64,000 nucleotides of DNA from Adineta vaga (taxonomy: Eukaryota > Animalia > Rotifera), in assembly GCA_021613535.1 (NCBI GenBank), contig CP075496.1:7688001-7752000 (forward strand), read 5' to 3'. A program made the translations under genes and the position numbers. Under the pieces are notes generated by a model. The model was not told where the DNA came from, made no database searches, and saw only the letters and a program-made list of their open reading frames with translations. This document shows, piece after piece, positions 13,801-27,707 of this stretch; position 1 is the first letter of the stretch; each line of letters begins with the position of its first letter.

Positions 13801-15158
13801 AAGAATTTATTCGTACTCAATTAACATGCTATTTACCTTTGAAACGAACTGTCATGTTTATTACTGAATGTCTCAGGAATACAATTATTCGACCAATTTT
13901 CGAAATTGGTTCTGATCTATCAAAATTAAGTTCTATTAAACCACCAGTAAATATTGAATAAAGTTTCTTTTCAAAACATTGAAATAAGATTATCTAGATA
14001 AATTTTCAATTGAAACGATATCAAGCTGGTTTTCATTCGGTCATTGTTTATAATCTTGCTAATGAACAAGTTAAAGTGAAAGAGAAATTTTGATTGACAT
14101 TGTCAAATTATTTTTAGAATTCTGTATGTGATGGATTTAAAAATTGTTCTTGTATTTCATCAATAATATCTCATATATCAATTATTCATTGTGCAGAACA
14201 AGTAACGACATTATTTAAATTTCTATATCTAAAGATTAGCAGTCATAACCTCACTTTATCATAATAATACTTTAACATCGAAATGATTAATTCGCATTGA
14301 AAGCATATCCGACAACTTTACTACTTTGATTCTGTTTTTTGTTTTCGAATAGTTCTATACAATAAATTCAAGAATTAATAATCGTATTTACATCTCATTA
14401 CGGATGGAAAATGAACATACTCACATACCATCGGATAGAAGTATCTTTTTAATTGAAGAAATATCGAAACGTAATGACTTTCACTTGATCAGTAAATTAA
14501 TTCTATTCTTTAGATTAATTTACTTCTGTATATTTTCCTATAAGATAATTCTTGGACGAATGCAATTAAAGAAGAATTTCTTCATTTATTTCAAATGAAT
14601 TTTTCTCAATTAACAGACGATGAAGTTCACACATTTCACATATTGAACAGCTCTTTATCAGATGGTAGATTTATTTTTCTGGGATCAGATTTGAAAATAA
14701 AACTCATGGTAAAAATAACAAGTATTCATTTGAAACACATTCTCTTCGTTGTTTACAGGATGAAGGTCTTTACCATTTTCGAATTACTTATCTATGGGGT
14801 GATCAATTTTGCATGACTAGTAGTGATCTTTTGGTACGTACAATGACTTTCTTTATCTTCTAACTCGATATTTTCATCATAGATATTGATGATTAGTAAT
14901 ACATCTACTCTGACTAGTTATACATTTAATTATTTTCTTGCTTGTATCTTTATATTAATTTTAATGTGTATACTTTGGATTATTGATGTCATATTTTATG
15001 AGAAGATTCTTCGGAAATATTGGAAGAATTTTTTTCAATTGACCAAACATACATTTTTCGTGAATAGATCGATTAATGAGAATATGAATTTTGAAATGTT
15101 AGTCAAAATTCGTGAACAATCACAAAGATTATCATCTTATAGAAAGAAAGATTTTTGA
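10821..15158 (+). CDS. CATSPERB: CatSper-beta (CATSPERB)-like single-pass membrane protein, ~23 exons, ~1000 aa
   Basis: Manual splicing gives a continuous stop-free ORF. It has a signal-like start (MKLCLLWLCIRLIEAIHS), a large extracellular region with an Asp-box-like IYTSDSFG, then KPPINF...CDGFKNCSC...IHCAEQ-FYTINSRINNRIYISLRMENEHTHIPSDRSIFLIEEISKRNDFHL...LYHFRITYLWGDQFC, a TM (YFLACIFILILMCILWIIDVIFY) and a basic tail. Motif order matches the CATSPERB C-terminus as I recall it. The gene model is more certain than the name. Confidence 0.72.
11028..11048. repeat. (AT)n microsatellite in an intron
   Basis: atatatatatatatatatata run in intron 2 of the CATSPERB-like gene. Confidence 0.9.
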
Positions 15159-17525
15159 AGGTAGGAATGAATTAGAACAAATAGATATGAAAACATGTTT
15201 CATTCATTATTAATAGTAGAAACTTCGATCGATTGGAATACTTAACACATGAAGTTATGAAATTGATCTGAAAATGTTTCAAATTACAGATCTCCCATCA
15301 ACATATAATTATCTGAATTCTATTCATATCAAAACTAGAATATAATATACGAGTTATTATGTAAATAATCTTTTCTTTTTGTGTTTTAGCATATTCAACT
15401 CATAAAATACTCAGTTAATGATTAATATTATTGACATTAGAAAAGATTTTCTCTTGATCAATATGATTTTTCGTCTACGTTCATTAATACTCTATCAACA
15501 ATTCAAAATAAGAAAAAAGAGATTACTCCCTCCTCGTCTCAAACAACTTGTCACTCAATTAGAATCAAATCAATAAAATCTCAAATTATTCTCTATAGAA
15601 AATTAGAATTCATCCAATTTAGAATTCTTCAATGAAAGAAAAAAAAAGAAAATTAGTTTGTATCTAACTTCCTTTTCTTAGCGGTTTAGTTCCTGTTACC
15701 TGCTGTGATCAACTAGTCTTTTCTTCTTCTTGCTCTATCTTGATAAAAAATTCAATAGATGCAGATTAAACAGATTTTTTTAATTATTTACAACATAAGA
15801 AGAAGAAAAAGAAGCTTTTAGTTTATTCTTGATGAAGAGAGCAAGAAGAAAAAAAGACTTCATCGACATTTCTTTGTCATTGATTTATTGAGATTTGATA
15901 GGATATGTCCACTTGATGATAAAATGAGATAGATTTTTTTTTCTATCAAGTGGACAGCTTGATTAGTTCAATTCATTGATTTTTCTTCCGTACAATGTCG
16001 ACAAACGACACGATCTGAATTCGATTATTAAATGAGATTCTGGTGGTTAGGCTTCCTTTTCCTTTTTCTTTAATAACATCATGTATCTTAATGAAGATTT
16101 GAATACAACTAAAACATACGACGTGCCATTTTTTTTTCTTTGGTCAACATTGTAAAGAGATTGATGACGAGGGTCAATATTTTTCTATGCTCACAAATGA
16201 AACGACCATTAGCAAATGCATACATACACACATACTAACACCTCTCACACCTCTAATGATCATTATACATCCGGTGATAGAAATTGTCAATGAAAATTTA
16301 GTCTATTTTGTTAATATAACAGCATTCTTTGAAAGGAAAAACTAGATAACATCCATTAAAAATCCATACGCTTGATTACTTGCATATTATTTTCTATATA
16401 TAATCATAAGATTTCTTCTTTTCTTGTATGCTCATAAGCACTGATTCGCTTTTATATATATATATATATATCTTCATGTATATGTCTAATAAGCAATTAT
16501 CGAGAAAGTACGACAGAAGTTTCACTAACAATTGCTCCCAAGAGAGCGAAGACGAAGAAAAAAAATTGAGAAAGATCGTATATAGAGCTTATCCGTTGTC
16601 ATTGCTTCGGCTCTAATCTTACTCTCGTCTATAATTTAAGATATTCTCTCTTTTTTTTTCGTATTCTCTATCCAATATGCGTATTAGTAATTTTCATCTC
16701 TTATTCATACTACCACCACTCAGACGATGTCGTCTATTATTTATTGATGCTGGGAGGTAGAAGCAACACTAATTTATTCTCTTCACCTACACAGTCAGTC
16801 AGGCTGCCTCATACTACGATAAGTGTAGAGCAAAGCACAACAGGAGGGCTAGATGAAGAGAGAGAGAGAGCGAAAATCAGCGTTCTCTCTCCCTTCTTTC
16901 GTTCAACAACGAGTAGGTCATGGTTCGCACTCATTGTCACATACATATATACACATACGCATCGATTATTTACAGCAGCCAGAGCAATCCCGGTATGGTG
17001 CATTTGGTGAGAAGAAACAAATGAATGCGTGACAGGGCCAAATCAATTCATCATGTCATAGTACGAACTATTAATGATTTAGGATAGAGAAGAAGAGAAT
17101 ACAAAATGTAAAATATGATGGCATTAAAACTAATCGAACATGGCTTCATGTTTCATCATCTATATATATTTATATTTATATATTTCTTTTTTTTTACTTT
17201 TATACAACAAGAAAACGTTTCTTCCCATTTCACTGTGTATCCATGTCGCGCGTGTGAACAAACAAACGGAAAGCAAAAAAAAAGAACAAGACAGAGAAAA
17301 AAGTTTTGGAAATCAATAGAGAGAATGTGTATAAAAACGAACAAAACGGCACGAACACACGTATACAGCCGATGCGACAAAATAAAGAAAATGACAGAGA
17401 GAGAGAGAGAGAAAGAGAAAAAGAAAACGAAGATGTCGTATGAATTGAGATTCAAATAGATTGCACATCGACCGGGCTTTTTATTTTTGTTTGAATAAGA
17501 TAGGAAAAACAAAGAGATCTTTCGT

Positions 17526-18677
17526 TTACATATGCTGTTCAGGTGATGATGGATCCGGAGGAGAATAATCTTGATGTGGAGCTGGTGGTATTGGTGAATA
17601 GAAATGTTGTTGAGAAGAAATAGGTTCTGGTTTCATATAAGAATATAGATGATTGTTATTATAACCATATTGAACAGATGGTGGAGGAGTCTGAGAACTT
17701 GTACTTGATGGTGGACCATAATGATACATATTTGAGGGTGGAAATGGATGTGGATAAAGTATATTTGGATCTGTCATTGAATACGATGAATTACAATCTG
17801 TTAAATAGGGTGATGATGATGACGATGCTATAACATTTCCTGGTAAAGCCCAACTTGTTCCACGTGGTGGTAATGGTGGTGGAAGATTTGCTGAAGATGA
17901 ATTCAAAAGATGTTGTTGCTGTTGAAGATGTAAATGATTTAATTTGTCTTTTTTCTGTTGTGAATGATGATTATTCATTGCAATGGAATTATGATTATTT
18001 GATGTAGGCGTTGTTGGTTGTAAATTTTTTGTTTTACGTCTTGGTCGATATTTATAATCAGGATGTTCTTTCATATGAATTGCACGTAAACGTTTTGCTT
18101 CATCAATAAATGGTCGTTTATCTTCTTCATTTAAACTTTTCCATTCTGCACCTAAACATCGACTTATAGCTGAATTATGCATTTTAGGATTTTCTTGTGC
18201 CATTTTTCGTCGTTGACCACGTGACCATACCATAAATGCATTCATTGGTCGTTTAACACGATCATCAAATGTTTTTTTTGCAGAAGAATTATGATGATGA
18301 TGTTGATGATGGTGATGATGACTTGCTGAAAGTGAATTTGGAGTTAAGGCTGATGAAGATGTTGGTGGTGTTGTACCATCAGGTGAAGACGATAAAGGCG
18401 ATGAAGGTTCGTCTTTCGACGAATTCGAATGAGGTCCATTCATACCATTAGAATATTGTGAAGGTGGTGCTTGTAAATGATGTGGCATCATCAGATGTGT
18501 ATGTGAAGGATGTGGATTCATCATCCAATTGCTTGATGGTGGTAATGGTTGTGCAGAAGAAGTTTGTACTGACGGATCGTAAACATTTCCATGAGGATAG
18601 GGTAGATGATGATGTGGATAATGAGATGTATTGAAAGATAACTCGGCATTCGAGTCCATATTATATAAAGAAACCAT
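17526..18677 (-). CDS. SoxB1: SoxB1-group HMG-box transcription factor (SoxNeuro/Sox1-2-3-like), intronless
   Basis: HMG box [31 protein letters not shown]...[32 protein letters not shown] and KTK are B1-type rather than B2-type. His/Pro/Ser-rich flanks; single-exon ORF, as is typical of SoxB genes. Confidence 0.95.
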   Translation of the reverse strand: MVSLYNMDSNAELSFNTSHYPHHHLPYPHGNVYDPSVQTSSAQPLPPSSNWMMNPHPSHTHLMMPHHLQAPPSQYSNGMNGPHSNSSKDEPSSPLSSSPDGTTPPTSSSALTPNSLSASHHHHHQHHHHNSSAKKTFDDRVKRPMNAFMVWSRGQRRKMAQENPKMHNSAISRCLGAEWKSLNEEDKRPFIDEAKRLRAIHMKEHPDYKYRPRRKTKNLQPTTPTSNNHNSIAMNNHHSQQKKDKLNHLHLQQQQHLLNSSSANLPPPLPPRGTSWALPGNVIASSSSSPYLTDCNSSYSMTDPNILYPHPFPPSNMYHYGPPSSTSSQTPPPSVQYGYNNNHLYSYMKPEPISSQQHFYSPIPPAPHQDYSPPDPSSPEQHM

Positions 18678-21600
18678 GGCTAAATAGAAAAATGAGTGTT
18701 AGAATAAATGATGAAATTTAAAGCAAATGATGAAAATAATGACATACTTTGACAAAGAATTTTAAATAATCAAAACACTTAGCATTCCATTGGTTGATAA
18801 CTGAACAGAAAAAAAATGATATTATTTTCATTATCAGCTGTTGATTATCTATCATAATCGACGAATGTCATTCTCAATTGTATTATATATACAGCAAACT
18901 ACACACATTCAATTCATTCATTCATTCACTCATTCATTCTTTTTTTTTGGTTTTCTTTTCTTTTTTCCTTCTCCCTTTTTGTTTTCTCTATTGTTATAGA
19001 ATAATAGGAAGAACTTTACCTGGTGTATATGTGTATATGTGTTTGTTAATAAGAAGAAACCGTCATGTTGATGAGATGAATTCAATACAATACAATCGCA
19101 TCGATACTCAATGTGCCTGACGCCGACGCTCACTCCCGTTTTTTTCTCTTCTCGCTCTCGCTCTCCTTCTCCCTTTCTCTCTTTCTCTTTTTCTCTACGG
19201 ATGGGAGCACAATAGATTAGAGAAAAAGAAATTTTTTTGAGAGAAACATAAGTACTAGATTCGTATAATATCCTTCTTTAATAGCAGCACATGGCTTACC
19301 GTGTGTTATTCGAAAGGTGTGAGCGTATATTGTTCTCTCGTTCTTTTCTAATAACAGCAGTCCGGTCAGGTATACTGAAGCAAGCGATCGTTTTCCTTTT
19401 TAGCAGAACGCAACAAGGAGAAAGCGAGAAAGAGAAGAGAACAAGAGAGAAAGAAGGAGAAAAGAGTTTTTTTTTTCTTATACTCCGCCAATACGCTCCC
19501 AACCGATGTAACTGTTATTTCGATTGGCGCGTCCGACCTAACATACAGCCAATCATGATCATAGATAACGAAGAAAAATTTCATTAGAATATTTTATTGT
19601 TTGTTGCTACTACAATTGACATGATCATATATGCACTGAGACAAAAAACGTAAAAATATACAAATGGAAAAAATGTTGATGACTAAATCCATATCATCCA
19701 TTTGTTTGTAATTTTAATAGCCTAAAATAGAAAAAAAGATGAAGAAAAGAATTCTATTTAGACTTATCATAAGGATTACGAAAAATATTTTCATCCGACT
19801 TAGAATAATAATGCAACGAATCCTAACAATAACAACATATTTTGTCTAATCTCTTGTCACACGTTTTTTTTCTTCCTAACGAAAAAGAAAACTATTTGCC
19901 TTATAGGTAGAAAGATAAGAAAACAGCAATTATGCTGATACAATATCAACGATTAAATGTTCATCATATCAAGTGATAACATACGGAATGTTAAACGGCA
20001 TTTGTCACCTAAATTTAAGTGTAATTATATATAAAGTGTTCAACGAGAGATACGAGCTTCGTAATCTCTTTCACGTGCATACACTCGAAATGTTCTGCTC
20101 AATAATTACAGCTTTACTTCCTCTTCTCGTCGTGTTAAGTTACATAGAATGTTATTTCAGTGAATCTCATTTTTTCCTCTTGCAATGATAATTAATTAAT
20201 TGAATAACCCATAATTGAGTTTTGAACGTGATAGAGAATCAGTTTTTTTACTGAATTCAAAAAATGACGAATTTTTTGGCTAGGCAACAGATGGCAACGA
20301 TCGTCATCATCATCATCATCATCAACATCAATAATATCATCATCATCGTTGTCACTTGTGCAGATTGACCCCGCCTAGGTTTCTGTGTTCGAATCGATTT
20401 TTAATGCAAGGACATACTTCTCTCTTTTTTTCTTCTTCTTATAAGTAGCTATCGGGCAGCAACTGGTTTACCTGACGAGAACATCTCACAAGGCACCAGC
20501 AGCATTTCCGTTTGTTGCTTTCATTAATCGAAAACAACAAAAATCTGATCGAGCAGAAAGAAGAAATCCGATTTTGAATCATCAAGATATACCACTCAAT
20601 GCTTATTCAAGTATATTTGCCTTCTATTATATGTGATTGTATTTACTTTATGCTTTTGAGTATGTTTGTAGACTAAGAATCATGCATTTTCATTTCACCT
20701 GTATCTGATCGAACTAAATAAACATGTATACTGCTGAATGTTGAAAAAAAAGAAAAAAAAATCTATGTTAACAGATTATTCCATTGTTCTTTATGACCGA
20801 TAGGGTTGCTTGATTGAATTTTCACATTGTACTATTGATTGATCTTTCCCTATGGTGTTAAAAAAAGGTGCTAGATCCGCCCTTAATGAGTTAAGCTGAA
20901 TAGGCAACAAGGAAAAAAAACGAACGATGTTGATACAATATATTAAACCAATGGAAATTATTTGAGTAAAAATGGCAAAGTTTTAGATTGAACGGATGTT
21001 GATAAGTATCCGGTGATATGTGTCAAATAAGCAATAAAGAGAAATCACACATCGACATACATTTTGTCTACGATACGTGTGCCACGTAAGAAAGATCATT
21101 TTGACACCTTTGTGTCCCTTTTCTCTCTCTCCTTCTCTATTTCCTTCTTCTTCATTAGAACAATAAATGATGATCGATGTGTATGTGTTATTACATCGCT
21201 AATGTGCCCGTTGGCTGAAGAAAAATAGTTGTATGCTATTTTAACAAAAAAAATTGCAAAGTAATGTTAGAATACATTGCAGTGTGTGTTCACTTAAGCG
21301 TATTTGTGGGAGACAGCACCTATATATATTTTTATGTGTATTTGATTGTGCTCGAATGAACATGGGTATTCTATGTGAAAGATATCATCCGTTTGATCCA
21401 CCATTAAGAGAAAAAGAGAAAGACTATTTCCCAAGAGAAAATGGGTTGGCTCGATGTAATGAAGCGACGCCCGAAGGCGGGATCTATGGCATTCGATTAT
21501 TGACAAAGAATGTCTTTCTTTCTCTTTTTTTAATTATATAGACAAGTACCTTATCCATTTGGAATATGAATTTCCAGATCAAACGAATAACCGACAAACA

Positions 21601-24600
21601 TTGGCAATTGTTTCCTGACGACATGCAAATGCATTCTTTCGTGATATTAAACCGATGATATCCTTTGTTTTTCGTTTTATGTGCGTGACTTAACCATCAG
21701 TTTAAGATCTGGTATCGTCTTTTGATGAATGTCTCGTTTCTATTTTCTTTCTCTCTCTCCCTCTCATTCTCGGTTTTTTCTTTTCGATTATGTATTGGAA
21801 CGACGATGCCAATTAAACGGACGTCGTTCGACTTCCTTCCGTCACTGTCGGTCGGAAGGTGAATGAAAGCGAAGACGAACGATAGTTCAAGTTGAGAAGA
21901 AGAAGTAGAAGAGAAGGATACTTCAACTGATTCTCAAGTAGCAATTTTGTTGTGTTGCTGTCCAACTCTTGACTTAGATGCTTGAAGAAAGAAAAAAGAT
22001 ATCATCATTCTCATAGATCAATTTTCCTATCGTTCACATAATATGAAGTGTTATTATTCTCGCTGCTGCTGTTATTGTTGTTGTTAGAGAAATCCGATCG
22101 TATATAAACGATGAAATCAACATTTGTCACATTTTTTTCCTTAATGTCACAACATTCGATATACGCATCATTAGTTTATATGCATATGCAGTGCGAGAAA
22201 AAAAACCTAATTAGAAAATTGAATTGTTCGGACTCATGAACATATCCATTTTTTCCCAATAGAGCACCGATCATCATCTATTGAGGAGAAAGTGAGTGAA
22301 TTGCGTGACCAAGCGTCTCTCTAGCGGTTGTGTTTAGGTGACAAACAGTGATGATGATGATGATGCTGTCAATGAATATATATATATTTGTATGTACATA
22401 TGAATGCGCGTGATTTAATTCGATTGGGGACTCTGTGTGCGTGTCAATCGAGACAAACTGTCATCATCGAAACAGACTGGCATAGATTTCAAAAAGAAAT
22501 GAAATGAATTTATTTTTTGTTTGAAAAACGAGACGAATCTTTCGTCTTTTTCCAGTCTGTCCGGCAAGACTCAAATCAATATTTACATATTGTCTTTACT
22601 AATCCGTTCTTCTATGTATGTCACGCGCTCAAGGCAAAGTGAAGGTCGTCCACTTAACACATCTATACTCATTATAGGCTTAGTAAAATAAAGGGAAAAA
22701 GGATTGTACAACATTGTTAATCGATAAAGTAATGTTTAGACTAATACTTATACACGATCAATTAAATTTTCTAGTGAACGAACAAACGAGAGACAATCAA
22801 TTGACTATTATCGTTGTTACTTTTATTTCACGTTATTTCTTTGAAGTTAAGATTTAATTTCAATAATCATTTTTTGTTGTTTGTTTTTCAATGTAGATTT
22901 ATTAAAAATATGAAAATGAATTAATTCACATATAAGTGAAACTATTCTTTCTCGTATTGATGGATAAATTGAAGTATATACTACAATCAATTTCGAATGT
23001 TGAAGTGGAAAGAAAATATCTAAATGAATAGAACAGTTCTATTGCCATCTATTCCAATAACTAGCGACATCTAAACTAAATTGTATTACAAAAAGAAAAA
23101 CAAAGTATAAATCTTCTAGAATTGATTGTTCAATGATGATGATTATGATCAAATTAATACTCTACTTATCTAATAACTATGTTCTCACATTATAATAACT
23201 TTAGAGTTGATCTTTCTTGAATAAATAGATACAGATATTCAATTCTTACCTGTATAATAATAACGACTGATACGTGGCAGAACGATTGCCTATCTACATA
23301 ACTAATGCTATGTGATTTTCAATGATAGGTTAAATAAGACGTCTATATCCATGAAAATAGTTGTGGTTGTTGATCATGATGATCATGTTGTTATATTTCG
23401 TCAGATGAAAAGAAACATAATCGATTGATTCGACCAAATATCTATCGTTTCGCAGTTATAAGTATCCATGCAACATAAAATAACACGCTTGTCGACACGA
23501 CAGCATCCATTGAAATATAGAACATATTGAATTGAATTCAATGGTATTTGTAGTAGCAACTTCTTTTTCTCTCGGTGCTTTCAAAGCACTCACGTACATA
23601 CAACACAAAAGCCGCTTAGATACGGTTGATTGAAATGGCAGTTGCTCTGTCTCTTTCTCTCGTTTTTCTTTTTTATTTCTCTTTTTCTCTTCCCCCTCCC
23701 GTTTTTTTTTTGACCCACATGAGTTGTCTTTGTGTGTCGTCGTCGTTGTTGAGTATAAAGGATACTCTTCACTTCTCCTCCTGTGCGTCCCTTTTGTTCG
23801 TATGTCCTCTCCTTTTGAAATCAACACAACAATAACACATCCATATATTCATGAAGCAGTCAAGCAGACGAATGAATGAATGAAAAGAATGAAAGAAAGA
23901 AAGAATGAATGAATGAATATATGAATGAATGAAAAAAAAAGAAGGAAGGAAGGTTGCCCTATAGCTAGTCTGCATAATAGTGAAAGACAAGTAAAGAAAT
24001 CTTTCATCTTGTTCATGTCTACCTGATCTATAAAATTGACGAGGCATATACACAAATCTAGCATGATGTGAAGATAATCGTTTGCTTTTGTTCCATATGT
24101 ATATACTTTAAGCATGAATAGAAACCAGAGAATGCAACAAAGAAAAAGAATGAAAGAAAGAAAGAAAGAAAATATCATCTTTATGTAGAATCTAAATTAA
24201 AAAAAAGGAAGAAGAAATTGACAGGTTGTTACATTTCAATGATAAATTCAAGTTCTTATTGTTTGTCTACTCATAATAACAATCTTATTCGTCTACATCG
24301 TATTCTTGATCATTTTCATCAATCTTGAAACCGATGCAATCATTCGATCTTTTACCCACTCAGTTCGATATGAAAGCTAAAGAATAAATCACGCATGTCT
24401 TTGATTTTTCTCAATTGTGAAACTCTTACATCCGATCAACTACCGACATCTGAAAGGCTAAAAATTTTACATTACAATAGTAGACAATACACCAGTCTTG
24501 TTTTGAGCCATCGGATGACTTCACGGCTATCATATATTTGATGAAATGTGTTATTATCAAACAGAAATCCTACAGCGCAAAAAATCTGATTGATTCATTA

Positions 24601-25500
24601 TAAAAAATAATTTTGGGACAACTAATGTTTCTTATAAAAACAAACGATGTGATGAAGAAGATTTTTATTTTTAACCGTCTACATCAATTTATTTAGGTGT
24701 CGAAAAACGAGTTAAAAAGATGGTTTTTACTCCACTAAATATTCATTGATGCATTGATGCTTATCCAAGCACAAATTATTTGTAAAGGGTTCCTATTCAA
24801 CTCATCTGCTCAGTCTAACATTCGATCTAACACAATCAATTTGTATTGATCAATTGATTTCTATAAACAAGATTTATGTCTATTGAGTAGTTCATTCTTT
24901 AATTTATTTTCTTTTCGAAGTATCAACAATATTTTTTTTTCTTGTTTTCTTTCACTCGTTTTCAATCTGTTGGAATTAATATATCTAAGTGAAGTTTTAT
25001 CATAAGACATGTATATATAAAATGATTTTTCGAAAGAGAATATTAGTTAAAGAATACCCTTGTATACATTCATCTTTTATTAAAATATTTTTAGTTGATT
25101 ACTTTTTCAAATATAGTTTTCATTCTTTTACAATCCCTATATATATATATACTCAGATTAAATCATACTTAATCATGTAAAATGAGTTCTAATTACTGAT
25201 ATAAATCATTTTAATCAAAGATAATTAGAGAAGAAAATCTTCCTTTTCATTTCTTTAATTACATCCATAAACGTCGTCCGTTGAAATCGTATTCTCCCGA
25301 AACAAAAATGATCTAGTAAATTTATTTCCTTGAGAAGATAAAATAGAATTAATTAGGAAAAGAAACAATTCCACTAGTATGCATATGATAAATGATTATT
25401 TCAATTGCATATATACTGAAAATATATGTGCGCTCGTCTGCCGAAACATATCACAAGGTTAAAATAGAAATGACAAGATGAGAAAAACAAACATAGTTTA
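18678..25500. promoter_or_regulatory. ~7 kb gene-free region upstream of SoxB1, probable extended cis-regulatory domain
   Basis: No spliceable coding exons recognised; rich in GA/TC, TCAT/ATGA and CAT repeats; far longer than most other intergenic gaps in the window. Confidence 0.5.
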
Positions 25501-25572
25501 CATGTTTTGGAAGACGATAAAGCGCACAAAGAGAGAGAGAGAGAGAAAATAGTGAAAAAGAAAAGAATTTAA

Positions 25573-27052
25573 TCAAGAAGATAAGGTATCAATACGTAAA
25601 TAGGCACGTGGTACACGGCCTCTTTCGTTCGAATAGGGTCGTTCGATTGTGAGCCATTCTGCATCATCCGATAGCTTTTCATTATCATCTAAAATAATAT
25701 TAACGGTCTAAAATAACAAGATAAAAGAAGATCAAGTAATTCAATCAGTTAGTTTTCTTTTACTTCTTTAGCAAGAACACTTAGTTCATTATGATCCGAT
25801 GCATCATAATCGAATTTAACGGTAGCAGTGCGTGGTGTTGGTATAGCACGTGGTGTTGATGGTACTGTTGAAGAGTTTGATACTGATTTGGATAAACTTC
25901 ATAAAAGAAATGAATAAATATTCGAATATGATGAGGGCGAAGATATATTTACCCAAGTTGTTTACGTAAATCTTCCAGGATTTGAACTGTTTGTCGATGA
26001 TATTGTAATTCTGATTCGACAAGATCATGTAAACAACGTAAATGATGATTCTAAATTATATTAAAAATTGAGTTGGATGAGATTACAATCAAGATGTGTA
26101 GAGGAAAAGTATACATGAGAATTATTTAAACCATCAAGAAGTAAACGTGTTATTTCTAATTGACGATCGAATTCAGTTTGTGCATGGCGTAATTCCGTAT
26201 CGGAACTCTGAAAAAGAAAGTAGGTAAGATTACAATGCCATACAAACGGTATAGACATACATCCGCCATTGCCATTGGTACATTACTATTTATTGTTTTC
26301 GCTTTTTTTTGTTTGGAACGTGCAGCATCAAGATCAAGACGTTTTATTTCTAATGTTCGCCGTTCTTTCTAAATGAAAAGATGAAAAGAAATCTTCTTTT
26401 TCGAAAAAAACAATTTCCTTCTGCAAAATTATTCGTACTGTTAATGATCGCATTTCTCCATCGAGAAAACTTTTTAATGGTTGCATAAAACCAGCAGCTG
26501 CTGATTGAATATATTCTTTATGTGCAAGACCTAATTTTTGATGACAATTACCGCATTTAATTAATGTTGAACCTAAATAGAGAGAAAAATAAAATATAAC
26601 GAAATTCATTTTAATTCATTACCATATTGTGTTGATGGACCAAAATCATTTCCTGCTTCACACATACAATGACCAAGTTGTTCGTAAATATTTGGTTTAT
26701 TCAAACTTTTTTGATCAAGTTTTGTCAAAATAAAGTCTTCAAGACGTTCATCTAGAAAAATGATCTGTACTCTTTTGATTGTAAAATATCTATGTCAATA
26801 TTACTTGGATTAGGTTGAAGAACTGATTCTACATGAGATGTTAATCGTTCCGTCCATAATTTAGTTCGATCGGCTCGTGCTAATAATTGTTCAAAATGAT
26901 CATCATATTCAGTTCGATCAGTAACTTGTCCGAGTTTTTCTTCTGTAAACTAAAGAAATCAATTAATCATTGAGAGGTTTAGCTTTAGTACAATATTATA
27001 CCTGTTTTGCTCGTGAGAAAAGAGTACCAGCTGCTTTTAAGTTGAAGTTCAT
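25573..27052 (-). CDS. SH3GLB1: Endophilin B (N-BAR + SH3)
   Basis: MNFNLKAAGTLFSRAKQ/FTEEKLGQVTDRTEYDDHFEQLLARADRTKLWTE...LQPNP...LENKRLDLDAARSK (N-BAR); C-terminal SH3 ATVKFDYDASDHNELSVLAKE...WLTIERPYSNERGRVPRAYL; TGA at 25573-25575. Confidence 0.93.
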
Positions 27053-27707
27053 TCTTCTTTTTCAATGCTTATTACTCTATGAATATAGAGTTACATATAT
27101 ATTGTCTTTCCTTTGATTAGTAAGACTTATTTTCTACGTCAACTTGCTGCTTGGCTTCTATCGTGAGCATAGAGAAAAACAAACTCAGAAAATAGGAGAG
27201 AGAGAGAGAGAAAAAAAGAACTCGAAGAAGAGAAAAAGAATGAAGGAATGGCATTTTTCCAGATGTGACGAGACGAAGAAAAACTAAGACGGCAGTAGGA
27301 ACTCGATCATTATATTTTACTCAAACTTCACAAGACACACTGAATGAATAGATAGAAAGAACGAAGGAAGCAGAGAGGAAAAAATAAAGAACGACAAAAC
27401 GATGAGAGATTTGATTTTTCTTCGTTCTTTTCTAGGTTTTATGTTTTTCTTCTTCTTGTTTCACTGTTGACTATTATTTGTTAGCACACCAGTACTAAAA
27501 ACGCAAATGAAGTGCTTTTTGATGAGGGTAGTCCTTGAACGATTATCTCAAGTGGTTAATGCTACTATCATGAGATGAGAAATGAGGAAGAGACTAAAGA
27601 AAGAAAAGATGAACATGAATATTTTATTTTGATAATGATCAGTATAATTATTTGAACAGAAGTTTTATATATATATATATCAATCATCGTTTCGAATACA
27701 AATATAA

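Noticed and set aside
16428-17512. Short ORFs downstream of SoxB1
   Set aside because: Low-complexity F/K/I-rich translations of 3'UTR-like microsatellite sequence with no recognisable motifs.
18878-25180. Many 60-120 aa ORFs upstream of SoxB1, and AACAAT Sox sites
   Set aside because: The ORFs derive from GA/TCAT repeats on both strands; short AT-rich motifs are expected by chance.
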